A stretch of DNA of 64,000 bases, taken from Gemmatimonadales bacterium (GTDB lineage: Bacteria > Gemmatimonadota > Gemmatimonadetes > Gemmatimonadales > GWC2-71-9). The stretch is taken from NCBI GenBank assembly GCA_035637355.1, contig DASPXJ010000016.1, forward strand, positions 38,970 through 102,969, in the 5' to 3' direction. Shown piece by piece: positions 1 through 11,300 of this stretch. How positions within the stretch are numbered: the first letter of the stretch is position 1; the number at the start of each line of letters is the position of its first letter. A program made the position numbers and the translations under genes. A model generated the notes under the pieces. It searched no databases. It saw nothing but the letters and a program-made list of their open reading frames with translations, and was not told the DNA's origin.

Positions 1-107
1 AAGTCGGCGGCGATGACGCGCCGCAGCTCCGCCCCGACCTGCTCCAGCTCGCCAGCCACCGGCCGCTGCACGTCCCGCAGGCTGACCCGAGCGACTTGTT
101 GGCTCAT
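1..107 (-). CDS. 5' end of a CDS leaving the window (MSQQVARVSLRDVQRPVAGELEQVGAELRRVIAAD...). It resembles polyprenyl-diphosphate synthase N-termini but is too short to assign.
   Basis: Hand translation of the minus strand. The ATG at 107-105 lies directly after the TAG (109-111) of the upstream TPR gene. The gene is truncated by the window edge, so it is absent from the ORF track. Confidence 0.3.
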   Translation of the reverse strand, partial: MSQQVARVSLRDVQRPVAGELEQVGAELRRVIAAD

Positions 108-108
108 G

Positions 109-2577
109 CTATTTCGCTTTGGCGAGCGCCTTGACGCGCTGCTCGGCATCGAGGAAGCGGATATCCACGGCGAACACGCGGCCGTACAGATCCCGCGCGT
201 CGGCTTTCTTGCCCTGCTGCTCGAGCGCGCGGCCGAGCCAGTAGAGCACGCCGAGCCGCTCCTGATCGCCGGACGCCGGGAGGTCGAGACCGCGGCGCAG
301 GATCGATTCGGCGACACCGAAGGCGCCCTTCTCGAAGAAGCAGATGCCCAACATCTCCGACGTGCGCAGCTTGCCCTCGGGGGCGCGCAGCGCCTTCTGC
401 AGCTCCGCGATGGCCTCGTCGAGCAGGCCCATCTCCTTGAACGCGACACCGAGATCGTAGTGGGACTGGAAATCGGTCTCGTCGATGTTTTCGTCGATGC
501 CCTGCTTGAAGCGCGCCAGCATGTCCTGGAAGTCTTGCTCCTCGTCTCCCGTCGGCTCCTCGTCCGCAACGGTCATGCGCGTGTCTTTCGCCGGCGGTCC
601 TTCCTCGTCGTCGTCACTCAGCATCGAGCCGAGGTCGACGAAGTCGCCATTCAGCGCGGCCTCGTCGCGGACTTTCATCTTGGCGTCTTTCGCCTTGACC
701 TTGCCCTCCGGCTTCCCCGATTGCGGCGCGACGGCGGGGGCGAGCATCGACAGCGCGCCTTTGGCACGATCGTTCTTGGGATCGTGCTCCGCGACACGCG
801 CATACACCGCGCGCGCCTTCTCGGGGAGGTCGGAGCGCAACAACGCGTCGGCCAGCTCGAGATAGGCGTCGATCAATTTCGCCTTGTCGCCCGCCTTGAA
901 TGCGAATTCCACCGCTTTCTGGCGGTGACGCACGCTGTTCGGATTGAGCCGCAGCACTTCGTCCACCAGATCGCGCGCGTGCGCGAGGTTGCCGCCGTTC
1001 TCGAAGCCGCCAGTCGCGAGGTCGAGCTCCTCGATGCCGCGTTCCCGATCGCCTTGTTCGATCAGCGCCTCGCCGAGCGCCTGATGTGCCTCGGGATCAT
1101 CCGGGTTGTCGGCGACGCGCGACTCCAGCTCCTCGATCCCCGGCGCCGCGGGCGTCTCCTCGATGTTCGAGAACACCAGCGAGCTCGCCTGGTCCCCCGC
1201 GCTGCTGATCTCGTCGATCCCCAGGTCGATAAAGCCGGACTTGCGTCCACCGGTGGAAATCGACGTGTCGTCTTCCGTCTGGATGAAGCTGGGGTGACGC
1301 GGTCCCTCGTCGATCGCGAGCGGCTGGTCGTCGACATCGTGTCCCGCGTCGGTGGTCGCCGTTTCGAAGTCGGGCTCGAGCTCGAGCGGTGGCACCTCGA
1401 CCACAGTCTTGCGCTTCCCCGGTCCTGACGTCGACGCGGGTGCCGAGGGACGCTTGGGAATCACGGGCTTGACGCGCGGCGCTTCGGGAGCGGCCGCCTT
1501 GCCTGCTGGCTGGCCCAGCGGCTTCAGTTTGGGCGGCGCGGGTTTCCTTGCGGGCGGCGCCGGTGCTTCGATGTTGCCCTCGAGCACCAGGTCCGCGTCC
1601 TCCAGGCCGCTCACCTCGTCCGCGGTCACGTCTGGAGCCGTTGGCTCCAGCTCGGCCATCGGCCCGAGGTCGAGGTCGGCAGGGTTCAGCTCCTCGCGAA
1701 TCGACGGCGTGGCGGGACTGCTCGCGCTCATCTGACTAAAGTCCGATCCGGTCGTCTCGAGGCCTTCGAGCATCCCGCCGCCCAGACCGCCGCCCGGAGC
1801 TTCATCCACCAGACTGGTGCTTTCGATCTCGAGCGACTCGTCCGGCTCCGGTACGACCTCCTGAATCAGTTTTTCAGCGACAGGGGGAGGCGGTGGCGGT
1901 GCGGGAGCCTTGGCGGCGGCCGCGGGAGCTTTGGCGGCTTTTGAGACACGCGGCTCGTCGAGGTCCAGAAACACGAGGCTCGACGTTTTCCGCGTGCCCG
2001 ACTTGCTGAGGTCATCCCCTCCGGGAGGCGGCAGCGGCTTGGGCGTGCTGATGCGCGCCGACGAGCCGTGCTTGCCTGGATCGCTGCCGTACATCTTGAG
2101 ATGCTCGGCCAGCATCTCCCGCAAGCTCCCGCTCTCCGCCGAGATGTCGGTGAATTCCTTCAGGGCAGCGAACGCATGATCGATCTTGCCGATCTTCTGC
2201 ATGCGCCCGGCGTATTCCACGAAGTTCTGCTTCGCCTCGGCGAGGAATCCCTTTGACGCATAGAGCTTCGCCAGCTTCAAATACGTCGTCTGCCGCGCCG
2301 GGGCGTTGCGCAGCACCTTGTTGCACATGGCGATGGCGTTGTTATGGAAGCCCAGCTCGGCGTATTTGTCGACTGCCTGGTCGTAGTAGTCGGCGGCCAG
2401 GCCGGGGTCTTTCAGTTTGATGTAAAGATCGCCGATGCGGTTATAGATCGAGAGGTCGGGGTTGTCGCCCTCTTTTTCCTGTGAGCCGAGGACGTCCAGC
2501 CAGATCTCGACGGCTTTCTTCGGATCCTTGGCCTCGAGACCCTTCGCCTTTTCTTTGAGCTGCTCAAGCTTGGACAT
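109..2577 (-). CDS. Large TPR-repeat protein (822 aa) with TPR-like N- and C-terminal regions joined by a ~300 aa Pro/Ala/Glu-rich low-complexity linker
   Basis: Longest ORF, with ATG at 2577. Helical-repeat sequence is present at both ends (e.g. ...YDLGVAFKEMGLLDEAIAELQKAL...). The overlapping plus-strand ORF 13..1428 is Arg/Leu-rich antisense noise. Confidence 0.85.
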   Translation of the reverse strand: MSKLEQLKEKAKGLEAKDPKKAVEIWLDVLGSQEKEGDNPDLSIYNRIGDLYIKLKDPGLAADYYDQAVDKYAELGFHNNAIAMCNKVLRNAPARQTTYLKLAKLYASKGFLAEAKQNFVEYAGRMQKIGKIDHAFAALKEFTDISAESGSLREMLAEHLKMYGSDPGKHGSSARISTPKPLPPPGGDDLSKSGTRKTSSLVFLDLDEPRVSKAAKAPAAAAKAPAPPPPPPVAEKLIQEVVPEPDESLEIESTSLVDEAPGGGLGGGMLEGLETTGSDFSQMSASSPATPSIREELNPADLDLGPMAELEPTAPDVTADEVSGLEDADLVLEGNIEAPAPPARKPAPPKLKPLGQPAGKAAAPEAPRVKPVIPKRPSAPASTSGPGKRKTVVEVPPLELEPDFETATTDAGHDVDDQPLAIDEGPRHPSFIQTEDDTSISTGGRKSGFIDLGIDEISSAGDQASSLVFSNIEETPAAPGIEELESRVADNPDDPEAHQALGEALIEQGDRERGIEELDLATGGFENGGNLAHARDLVDEVLRLNPNSVRHRQKAVEFAFKAGDKAKLIDAYLELADALLRSDLPEKARAVYARVAEHDPKNDRAKGALSMLAPAVAPQSGKPEGKVKAKDAKMKVRDEAALNGDFVDLGSMLSDDDEEGPPAKDTRMTVADEEPTGDEEQDFQDMLARFKQGIDENIDETDFQSHYDLGVAFKEMGLLDEAIAELQKALRAPEGKLRTSEMLGICFFEKGAFGVAESILRRGLDLPASGDQERLGVLYWLGRALEQQGKKADARDLYGRVFAVDIRFLDAEQRVKALAKAK

Positions 2578-2602
2578 GGAAGCACTAAGATATCGGAGCC
2601 AA

Positions 2603-3850
2603 CTAGGCGGGACAAGCCGAACCTGCTGTCCAGACGGCGCTTACGACGTCAGCCCCCATCCAGTACGCGACTTCCCGCCAGTCATCGACGGCGGCGACCA
2701 CGAGATCGGCAACGCACCCAGGAGCGATTTGGCCGCGCTCGGCGGCGAGCCCCAGCGCCGCAGCAGCATTGATCGTCACCGCCGTCACAGCTTCGGCGTG
2801 ACGTAGCCCAAGTTGCGAGACGCCGAGCGCCATCACCAGCGGCAGGCTCGTCGTCGGCGACGTGCCGGGGTTGTAATCGGTGGCCAGCGCGACGGCCGCG
2901 CCCGCCTCCATGAGGCGACGCGCCGGCGCCTGCGCCCGCTTGCCGAGAAAGATCATCGTCGCGGGCAGCAAGACCGCGACGGTCGGACTGGCCGCCAGCG
3001 CCTTGATGCCGGCGTCCGAGACGGCGGCGAGGTGATCTGCCGAGAGCGCGCCCAGCTCGGCGGCGAGCTCGGCCCCGCCCGACCCTTCCAGCTCATCGGC
3101 ATGGAGCTTCACCGCAAGACCATGGCGGCGTGCGGCGGTGAGGATCTGGCGGCTTTCGCTCGCGCTGAAGACGCCAGGCTCACAGAACACGTCGCAGCAG
3201 CGCGCCAGGCCCTCGCGCGCGACGGTGGGAATCATGGCTTCACACACGAGCTCCACGTACGCCGCGCGATTGCCGCGATACTCGGGCGGCACCTCGTGCG
3301 CACCGAGAAAGGTCGGGACGAGCGTGGCCGGCAGCGCGTCGGCGAGTCGCCGAATGACGCGGAGCTGCTTCAGCTCCGACTCCAGCTCCAGGCCGTAGCC
3401 CGATTTCACCTCGATCGTCGTCGCCCCATGCGCAATCAGGGCGCTCAGCCGGGACCGCGTCAGCGCTGCGAGCTCGTCCTCGGTGCGGCTGCGCACATCG
3501 CGCACCGATTGCAGTATGCCGCCGCCCGCGGCCGCAATCGCTTTGTAGTCGACGCCGAGCGCGCGCCGCTCCTGATCGTCCAGACGTGGAGCGCCGAAAA
3601 CCGCATGGGTGTGGCAATCGATGAATCCGGGGAACAGCACGCCGCTGACTTCGACCACCTGTACGGGCGCAGCATGCTGCGTTTTGATTGGTGCGTCCCG
3701 GCGTGCCCCGACCCAGGCAATGCGACCGTCTTCGATCAGCACTGCCGCATCGCGCAGCACCTCGACCTCGGCCATCTCGCGCCCGCGGCGGGCGCGGGCA
3801 GGCCCGCGGCACGTCACGACCTGCCGCGCGCCCACGAGCAGCGTCTTCAG
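2603..3850 (-). CDS. hutI: Imidazolonepropionase (histidine utilisation)
   Basis: Motifs ...[11 protein letters not shown]..., ...[10 protein letters not shown]..., ...KLHADEL..., ...[10 protein letters not shown].... The ORF-track N-terminus (to 4075) is Arg-rich and overlaps hutU. The conserved N-terminus [13 protein letters not shown] begins at CTG 3850, which overlaps the hutU TGA as CTGA. Alternative starts are GTG 3835 and ATG 3775. Confidence 0.9.
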   Translation of the reverse strand: MKTLLVGARQVVTCRGPARARRGREMAEVEVLRDAAVLIEDGRIAWVGARRDAPIKTQHAAPVQVVEVSGVLFPGFIDCHTHAVFGAPRLDDQERRALGVDYKAIAAAGGGILQSVRDVRSRTEDELAALTRSRLSALIAHGATTIEVKSGYGLELESELKQLRVIRRLADALPATLVPTFLGAHEVPPEYRGNRAAYVELVCEAMIPTVAREGLARCCDVFCEPGVFSASESRQILTAARRHGLAVKLHADELEGSGGAELAAELGALSADHLAAVSDAGIKALAASPTVAVLLPATMIFLGKRAQAPARRLMEAGAAVALATDYNPGTSPTTSLPLVMALGVSQLGLRHAEAVTAVTINAAAALGLAAERGQIAPGCVADLVVAAVDDWREVAYWMGADVVSAVWTAGSACPA

Positions 3851-5493
3851 TCGAGGTCCTGGCTCATCGGGAGGCGGATATGATGGCGGCGCGCCGTCTC
3901 GATCGCTGCGGGATAGCCCGCGTCGGCATGCCGTGCGACACCGATCCCCGGATCGTTGGTGAGCACGCGCTCGAGCCGCCGCTCGGCCGCAGGCGTCCCG
4001 TCGGCGACGATCACCTGTCCCGCGTGCAGCGAGTTCCCGATGCCCACGCCGCCGCCGTGATGGAACGACACCCACGACGCGCCCGAGGCCGTGTTGAGCA
4101 GCGCGTTGAGGATCGCCCAGTCGGCGATGGCGTCGGAGCCGTCCCGCATCGCTTCGGTCTCCCGGAATGGCGAGGCGACCGAGCCGGTGTCGAGATGATC
4201 GCGGCCGATCACGATCGGCGCGGACAGCTCGCCGCGCCGCACCAGCTCGTTCAGCGCGAGCCCGAAGTGTGCCCGCTCGCCCTGCCCCAGCCAGCAGATC
4301 CGCGCCGGCAACCCCTGAAACGCGACGCGCTCCTGGGCGAGCGTGATCCAGCGCCGGAGATGCGCGTTGTCGGGGAAGAGCTCGAGCACGAGCTGATCGG
4401 TGCGGTGCAGGTCCTTCACGTCACCCGAGAGTGCGACCCAGCGGAACGGCCCCTTCCCTTCACAGAACAGCGGCCGGATGTACTCCGGTACGAATCCCGG
4501 AATCGTGAACGCGTCGCCGACGCCGGCGTCGCGCGCTTCCGTGCGGATGTTGTTGCCGTAATCGAACGCGATCGCGCCGCGCTGGTGGAAGTCGAGCATC
4601 GCCTGCACGTGAGTCGCCATGCTCGCCCGCGCGCGCCGCACGTACTCGTCGGGAGACGAGCGCCGCAATTCCTCCGCCGCGGCGAGATTCAACCCCGCCG
4701 GGATGTAGCCGTTGAGCGGATCGTGCGCCGACGTCTGGTCGGTCACCACATCGGGAACGAAGCCGCGGCGCACGAGGTCGGGCAGCACGTCGGCGCAATT
4801 GCCGACGAGACCGACGGAGAGCGCTTTCCCGGCTCGCCGTGCTTCCTCGCACCACGCCAGCGCTTCGTCCAGACGTGTCGTCGCACGATCGAGATACCGC
4901 GTTTCCACGCGGCGCTGCACCCGCGCGGGATCCACCTCGACGGCGAGACAAATCCCTTCATTCATGGTGGCCGCGAGCGGCTGCGCGCCGCCCATGCCTC
5001 CCAATCCACCCGTCAGGACGATGCGCCCCCGCAGCGATCCTTGAAACTGGCGCTGCGCAACCGCACCGAGGGTCTCATAGGTCCCCTGCAGAATTCCCTG
5101 CGTCCCGATGTAGATCCAGGATCCAGCGGTCATCTGGCCGTACATGATCAGACCGCGGCGTTCCAGATCGCGGAACACCTCCCACGTCGCGTACCGGCCG
5201 ACGAGATTGGCGTTGGCGATGAGCACCCGCGGGGCGTCGGGATGCGTCGTGAAGACGCCGACCGGTTTGCCCGACTGCACGAGCAGCGTTTCCTCGTCGC
5301 CCAGCGTGCGCAGCGTGCGGCAGATCGCATCGAACGACGCCCAGTTCCGCGCCGCCTTCCCCGTGCCGCCGTAGACCACCAGGTCCTGCGGCCGCTCCGC
5401 GACCTCCGGATCGAGGTTGTTCATCAGCATCCGCAGCGCCGCTTCCTGCACCCATCCCTTGCAGGACTTGGTGCTGCCGCGGGGCGCTTTCAC
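3847..5493 (-). CDS. hutU: Urocanate hydratase
   Basis: Motifs ...[13 protein letters not shown]..., ...[25 protein letters not shown]..., ...[13 protein letters not shown].... The start is set to GTG 5493, which overlaps the hutH TGA (GTGA). The ORF-track extension to 5718 overlaps hutH out of frame. Confidence 0.93.
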   Translation of the reverse strand: MKAPRGSTKSCKGWVQEAALRMLMNNLDPEVAERPQDLVVYGGTGKAARNWASFDAICRTLRTLGDEETLLVQSGKPVGVFTTHPDAPRVLIANANLVGRYATWEVFRDLERRGLIMYGQMTAGSWIYIGTQGILQGTYETLGAVAQRQFQGSLRGRIVLTGGLGGMGGAQPLAATMNEGICLAVEVDPARVQRRVETRYLDRATTRLDEALAWCEEARRAGKALSVGLVGNCADVLPDLVRRGFVPDVVTDQTSAHDPLNGYIPAGLNLAAAEELRRSSPDEYVRRARASMATHVQAMLDFHQRGAIAFDYGNNIRTEARDAGVGDAFTIPGFVPEYIRPLFCEGKGPFRWVALSGDVKDLHRTDQLVLELFPDNAHLRRWITLAQERVAFQGLPARICWLGQGERAHFGLALNELVRRGELSAPIVIGRDHLDTGSVASPFRETEAMRDGSDAIADWAILNALLNTASGASWVSFHHGGGVGIGNSLHAGQVIVADGTPAAERRLERVLTNDPGIGVARHADAGYPAAIETARRHHIRLPMSQDLD

Positions 5494-6947
5494 GGCGCAA
5501 ACCTGCCTGCCCGAATTCCGGCCGCGACCCGCTCGATGTCGGCCGTCATGGGCCGATCCCCCGTCAATGCCGGCGAGTCCTCGCGAACGGCGGCTTGCAG
5601 CCGCGCGACTGCTGTGGCGGGCCGCAGCGGCTTCAAGTATTCGAGTCCCTGGGCTCCCGCGAGCAGCTCGATGGCGAGAATCCGCTCGGTGTTGGCCAGG
5701 ATCCGTCCTGCCTTCCACGCGGCGCTCATGCCCATCGGCACGACGTCTTCCTGATTGCCTTCGGTGGGCACGGATTGCACGCTCGCCGGCGTCGCCAGCA
5801 CCCGGCAGTCGGCCACGAGCGCCGCGGCGGCGATCTGCGCCGTCATGAAGCCGGACTCGAGGCCGGGGTCGTGCGCCAGAAATGCCGGCAGCCCCGACGA
5901 CAGGTCCGGATTCACGACGCGCTCGAGGCGCCGCTCGGCCAGTCCGGCGAGCGTCGTCAGGGCAATCGCGACGACGTCGAGCGCGAGCGCGATCGGCTGG
6001 CCGTGGAAGTTCCCTCCTGAAATCACGTCGTCACCGAATACGAGCGGGTTGTCCGTCGCCGCATTCAGCTCCGTGGTGACGAGCTGCTCGGCGAACGCGA
6101 GTCCTTCGCCGGCCGCCCCCAACACCTGAGGCGTGCAGCGCAGCGAGTAGGCGTCCTGCACGCGCGGATCGTTCTCGCGGTGCGATTCGCGGATTTCGCT
6201 GTCGGCCAGGAGGTCGCGCAGCAGCGTCGCCGAGCGTTGCTGCTGTGGGTGCGGACGGGCGTCGTGAATGCGGGCGTCGAAGGGATCGGGTGAGCCGCGC
6301 ACCGCCTCGAGACTCATGGCCGCCGCTGCATGCGCCGTGCGCCAGGCGGTCCAGGCATCGGTCACGAGCAGCGCAGCGAGACCCGTTTGCGCCTGTGTCC
6401 CGTTGACGAATGCGAGGCCTTCTTTGGCTTCCAGCGTTATCGGCCGTGAGACCTGCACGTCTCCTTCGCCGATCATGGCCAGCGCCAGATGCGACAGGGG
6501 CGCAAGATCGCCCGACGCACCCACACTGCCCTGCGACGGCACCGTTGGATGCACGCGGGCATTGAGCATGTCGACGAGCAGCTCGGGAAGCACCGGTCGC
6601 ACCCCGCTCGTCCCGCGCAACAGCACGTTGGCGCGGAGCAGCATCATCGCGCGCACGGCATCCTGCGCCAGCGGCTCACCCACGCCCGAGGCATGGCTGC
6701 GAATCAGATTGAGCTGCAGCTGGCGCGCCTGCTCGGGGGGGATACGTACGTGCGCGAGTTTGCCGAATCCGGTATTGACGCCGTACATCGTCTGGCCGCG
6801 CTCGATCGCCGCCTCGACCGCGCGGCGCGATTGCTGCACCGCACCGAGCGCCCGGGGCGCGATCGCCACCGGCGCATTGCCTCGGGCGACCGCCACAACA
6901 TCCGCGATGGAAAGGGAATGGCCGTCCAACGTCACAGGCGTGGGCAT
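5490..6947 (-). CDS. hutH: Histidine ammonia-lyase
   Basis: MIO-forming motif ...[16 protein letters not shown]..., with lyase family sequence throughout. The start is placed at ATG 6947 (MPTPVTLDG...), downstream of a stem-loop at 6967-6991. The ORF track begins at 6986. Confidence 0.93.
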   Translation of the reverse strand: MPTPVTLDGHSLSIADVVAVARGNAPVAIAPRALGAVQQSRRAVEAAIERGQTMYGVNTGFGKLAHVRIPPEQARQLQLNLIRSHASGVGEPLAQDAVRAMMLLRANVLLRGTSGVRPVLPELLVDMLNARVHPTVPSQGSVGASGDLAPLSHLALAMIGEGDVQVSRPITLEAKEGLAFVNGTQAQTGLAALLVTDAWTAWRTAHAAAAMSLEAVRGSPDPFDARIHDARPHPQQQRSATLLRDLLADSEIRESHRENDPRVQDAYSLRCTPQVLGAAGEGLAFAEQLVTTELNAATDNPLVFGDDVISGGNFHGQPIALALDVVAIALTTLAGLAERRLERVVNPDLSSGLPAFLAHDPGLESGFMTAQIAAAALVADCRVLATPASVQSVPTEGNQEDVVPMGMSAAWKAGRILANTERILAIELLAGAQGLEYLKPLRPATAVARLQAAVREDSPALTGDRPMTADIERVAAGIRAGRFAP

Positions 6948-6966
6948 GAAGACCAAAGCTAAAGCG

Positions 6967-6991
6967 CCGGAGTGGCTGTTGACCACTCCGG
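6967..6991 (-). terminator. Stem-loop between the Fn3 lipoprotein gene and hutH (candidate intrinsic terminator or attenuator)
   Basis: Perfect 9-bp inverted repeat ccggagtgg / ccactccgg with a 7-nt loop. On the minus strand it is followed by cgctttagctttggtcttc, which is only partly T-rich. Confidence 0.45.
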
Positions 6992-7014
6992 CGCTGTCGC
7001 CAAGCGCAGGACCC

Positions 7015-8184
7015 CTATTTCGAGCCTGAAACCGTGGTTCCAGTCGACAGTGCGACCGACTGTCCCGCGCGAATCTGTAGCTCAGGGTTTCCGACGTCGG
7101 TCTGGAAGCTCCAGTCGAAGATCAAGTAGTCGCGTCCGACGTGCGTCATCCGCAGGGCGCCGTAGTGGAGTGTGGTCCCCTCGACGATCTCGAACACGTA
7201 CGCATATCCCGGCACCGCCTGAATCATGTTGCGGGAGTAACCGGACGCCGGGGCGAAGTCGATCGACGTCAAATCGGCGACCGGCGAGGTGCTGTACAGC
7301 TGCATCCGCGTCCCGGCGAACTCGGGCACCAGCCAGAGCGTGGAGTCAGTGGGATCGCGATACACCCAGGAATCGATGCTCGTCAGGTTGCCGGACTGCA
7401 CCCGGCCCAGCTCCGAAGCCTGGCCACGGCCGTCACCGTTGAGGTCCTGCCAGAACCGGAAGCCTGATCTGGTCGTGTCTTCGTCATAGGCGAACACGAG
7501 TGTATTGCGCGCGTCGGGCCGGGGCGTGTCCTGGCGCAGCGGCGACCACAGGCTCTCATAGCCCTCCCGGCTCACGGCCGTGATGCCGAAGCAGCGGGGC
7601 GCGCCGTTGGTCATCGCGCTGGCGAGGAACTCGGGCGCCACCGTCGTCCCCTCGAGCAGCCAGCTGGTATCGCACAGACCGGTATCGAGATTGTAGTCGG
7701 TACTGTAGATGCGATACCACTTGAAGCGCGTAGGGGCCGTGAGGTACGCGTTGTCGTCCCACTCCAGATGAATGGCGCCGTTCAACGAAATCGAGAACAG
7801 CGAGGCCGGCGCGTCGAGCTGGAGGCGCTCGTCGACCGTGATCACGTTGCTGTTGCCGCTCTCGTTGCCGTTGTCGTCCACCGCAGTCACGAGATACTGG
7901 AGATGAGGCACGCCGTTATCGTGGAACGTGTTGGAGCTGGTCTCGCCGCGCAGGCCGAACGAACCGCTGCTCGACGCGCGCGAATAGACGCGATAGCTGG
8001 CCAGATTCGCATCGGTGACGTCGTCCCAGATGAGCAGAATGCCCAGGGGGCGATTGGGATCGCCGCTGGGCTCGAGCTCGTAAGTGAGATTCGCCGGAGT
8101 AGACGGCCCGTTGCCCGGGGGAGCGACGAGCGACCCTTGGCAAGCAACGGCTGCCACCAACAGCAATGACAAGAGCAAACGCAT
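7015..8184 (-). CDS. Secreted or lipoprotein with two fibronectin-type-III-like modules and a C-terminal beta-rich domain; function unknown
   Basis: Signal sequence MRLLLSLLLVAAVAC with Cys. Fn3-like stretches are present (...LASYRVYSRASSSGSFGL...YLVTAVDDNGNESG...). ATG 8184 is preceded by GAGG. The ORF-track start 8223 would add 13 residues. Confidence 0.75.
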   Translation of the reverse strand: MRLLLSLLLVAAVACQGSLVAPPGNGPSTPANLTYELEPSGDPNRPLGILLIWDDVTDANLASYRVYSRASSSGSFGLRGETSSNTFHDNGVPHLQYLVTAVDDNGNESGNSNVITVDERLQLDAPASLFSISLNGAIHLEWDDNAYLTAPTRFKWYRIYSTDYNLDTGLCDTSWLLEGTTVAPEFLASAMTNGAPRCFGITAVSREGYESLWSPLRQDTPRPDARNTLVFAYDEDTTRSGFRFWQDLNGDGRGQASELGRVQSGNLTSIDSWVYRDPTDSTLWLVPEFAGTRMQLYSTSPVADLTSIDFAPASGYSRNMIQAVPGYAYVFEIVEGTTLHYGALRMTHVGRDYLIFDWSFQTDVGNPELQIRAGQSVALSTGTTVSGSK

Positions 8185-8310
8185 AGGAGCCTCAGGACGG
8201 GGGATCGCTGGAGGTGTAAGCACGGGACGTGCCGGAGGCGAAGTCGCTGATTCTCAGCGAGTTACAACAGAACCGCAGCCTGCCATGTCACCGCGAGAGG
8301 ACAGCGCAGT

Positions 8311-11300
8311 CTACTGGACGTACGTGCGCTGGTCGTAGTCGAACTTGATGTCGGGTTGATCGGTCAACGTGATGTTGAAGATGAACGAGAAATTACCGGT
8401 GGCGGTCTTGTAAAAACCGAAGCTCGCGTGCCAGCGGCGCAGGTCGCGCTGGAACGTCAGCGAGTGGTCGGCGAATTGCCGCGTCACGATGTCGTACGAC
8501 GTCGACCAGTTCGCAGTCCAGTTTCGTGTGGGGCTGAACGACAGATTCAGGCCGGCGGTCTGCCGCCCGGCGCGATGCTTCAACGCTCCCGTATCCGCGC
8601 GGCTGCGGGTGCTCGAGAGGGTGACGCCGAGCGCAAATTGCCGCCCGCCGCCGTGGCCGCCCCTCCCGCCCCCCATGCTGCCTTGTGGGCCGTACGGAAT
8701 CCGAGTTCCGCCATCATAGCGCCGGAAATCGTCGGTGGGGCCGCCCAGGCCGCTGTCGGCGCGCGCCGTCGTGTCCACCGCCGGTGGCCGGGCGGGCCGT
8801 GACCGCAGCCCGAGCAGACGGCCGATGCCTTGCAGTGTCGCGGGAGTGACCTGGAAGGAAGCGTTCACGCTTTGGAGGAACGGAGAGAACTTGGCGGTAT
8901 CCGATCCTACGTCGCCGTCCTTCCAGAGATCGTGCGTCATGCTCAGCTGAAAGCCGGGGACCAGGTCGGAGAGAAACGTGTTGCTCAATGTTCCCGTCTG
9001 CCAACCGGTGTTATGCGGCAGCTTCGCCCGCTCGAAGTTGTAGCCGATCGCGCTGGTGCTGATGCTGAGCAGCTTGATCTTGCGCGGTGCCTTCTCGGCG
9101 GCCGTGTCGCCGGCCGCGGGCTTGAGCTTCGCCTCGAACGTCTGCGCCAACCCCAGGCTGATTGTCTGCTGCGGATCGGTACGCGCTTTCAGCGTCCGGC
9201 CGGTCGGATCGAAGGCGTGGGCATACTCCTCCGGAATCTGGACGCCCGGCGCGTACTGATAACTGATGATCGGCGACACCGTATGGCGGATGCGCGCCAA
9301 TGGACCGAACCCGGGAAAGAACCCGAAAAAGGCGGGTGACACGCCCAGGTTGAAGGCCAGGCGCTTCCCCTGCCGGACGAATTCACCACCGGAGAACTGA
9401 TTGCGCAGCATGAAGGGACCGGACGTGGTGTTCACGATCGCCACCCCCGGCTGGATCTTCCACGTGCTGGTGAACAGCGTCGGCAGATTGATGCTCGTCG
9501 ACCAATCGACCTGCGTTTCGAACGTCCGGCCATACAGCACCCGATGGATACCGCGATCTGCCGTGTCTCCCGGCAGCGTGAACTCCGCGCGGTTGTTGCT
9601 GCGGACGTCCACGATCGTGAAATTGTTGGTCCAGTTCCAGCGCCCGAGGCGAATCGGCGTCCCGATGGTGATGTTCGTCCGGCGATCGTCGAAAAACTGC
9701 GGCAGCGTATCGGCAACGGTGCTGCCCGGCCTTCCGGGTATCAGCAGCTGGCCGCCCGCCTGGTGAAACCGTTGATCGTTTGTGTACGAAAACGTCGGCG
9801 ACCACGTGAGCCATGGCGTGATGGTGATGGTCGTCGGCGTCAAGTGAATCGAGGGGAAGGACTGATCGATGGCGTTCGAGGACAGCTCCTGCCGCCGGTT
9901 GCCGCCGATATCGAGGTTCGCCCACGACAACCGCTTGGTGAAGGTGGCGCTCGAGTTGATGCTCGCCGTCACTTCCATGGGATTGAGCGAGTTGCGCCGG
10001 ATGACCGACGCGTCGGTCGCGTAGTCGAGATGCGCATTGAAATCGGTGCGCGAATTGAAGCGCTGGGCGTGCGACCATCCGATGCGGGTGTTGGTGCTCG
10101 GCTGGTCCAGCTGCATCTGCCGGCTGTAGCTCAGCGTGCCGTGGACGAACCGATCGAGCCAGTCGTACTGCGCCTGCCCGTGAATCGCCACGTAGCGGCC
10201 CGCGAACCAATCCCCGCTCACGAGCACGTCGAGGTAGTCGTTGACCACGAAGTAGTAGCCGAGGTCGGTCATGTGCCGCGAATAGTGACGCGTCGGGCGG
10301 ACGAGGTCGTTCAATCCGAAGCGCGGAAACAGAATCCCGCTGCGCCGGCCCCCGCGGATGTCGTTGAAGATGAACGGCAGCCACATGATCGGCACGTCGC
10401 GCACGTACAGCACCGCGGGCCGCGCGATCATCGTCCGCTTGTTGATCCATTTGACCTGGCCGGCCGCAAAATGGTAGTCGGGCACGGGTTGCGGGTCGGA
10501 TGTGAAGTTCGCGGAGGCGACGTAGACGCGCTTGTTTCCCGAATCGGCCGCGATGTCGCCGCGCACGTACCAGGTCGCCCCACCCTGTTGGAAGTCCGTG
10601 AGCGCATCGCGCACGGTCCCTCGCCGCACGCACGTATCGTAGCGCATCCCCTCTCCGACGAGCACGGTCCCCTGATCGAAGAGATGCGGATCGCCGGCGG
10701 CATCGAGCCGGCAGCTCCCCTCGTGGTAGCGGATCGAATCAGCCTCGAGCTGTGTCCCCTCACGCTCGACGAACGCCTCGCGGCGCAGAAACGTCGTCTG
10801 GCTGTCGCCCTCGACCACGATCGTGTCGGACATGTACCGGGTGATGCGGAAGTTCGGCAGCTTGAGCAGCGAGTCGATGACGCGATCGGGAGCGGGAAAT
10901 GAGCGGCTCGGCGCAGTGGGCAGTCCCAGCTTGTGGGCCGTGGACGTGTCGACTCGGCCCCCGCGGCCGGTGTCGCCCGGCGCGGGCCGCGCAGGCGGCG
11001 GATTCTGTGCGTGGAGTGATCCCGCGCCGCCCCCCACTCCCAAAAGGACCAGCACGACCATCGCCGCCGCCACGCGGCGGGCGCGCCGCCGGCTGGCCAC
11101 CCACGCACACCAGATGCTGACCTCATAGAGCAACAGCAGCGGGCCGAGCATCAGCATCATCGAGACGGCATCGGGCGGCGTCAGAATCGCGGCGAGGAAC
11201 GCGGCGATCACGATCGCATAGCGCCGCTGCCGGCCCAGGAACTGCGGCGTGACGATCCCGAGCGAGGCGAGAATCGTCACCACCAGCGGCAGTTCGGCGA

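Noticed and set aside
3688-5754. 688-aa plus-strand ORF antisense to hutU. Similar long ORFs occur at 13..1428, 9544..10902, 25809..27275, 29621..31198, 42499..44232, 44275..45588, 49270..50724, 54129..55472 and 61989..63668.
   Set aside because: All are Arg/Ala/Pro/Gly/His-rich with no recognisable motifs. Each lies exactly opposite a CDS with unmistakable family motifs. Stop-poor antisense frames are expected in DNA this GC-rich.
8244-8260. Hairpin tcgctga-ttc-tcagcga downstream of the LptD-like stop, considered as a terminator.
   Set aside because: The stem is only 7 bp with no following T-tract, so it is too weak to call.
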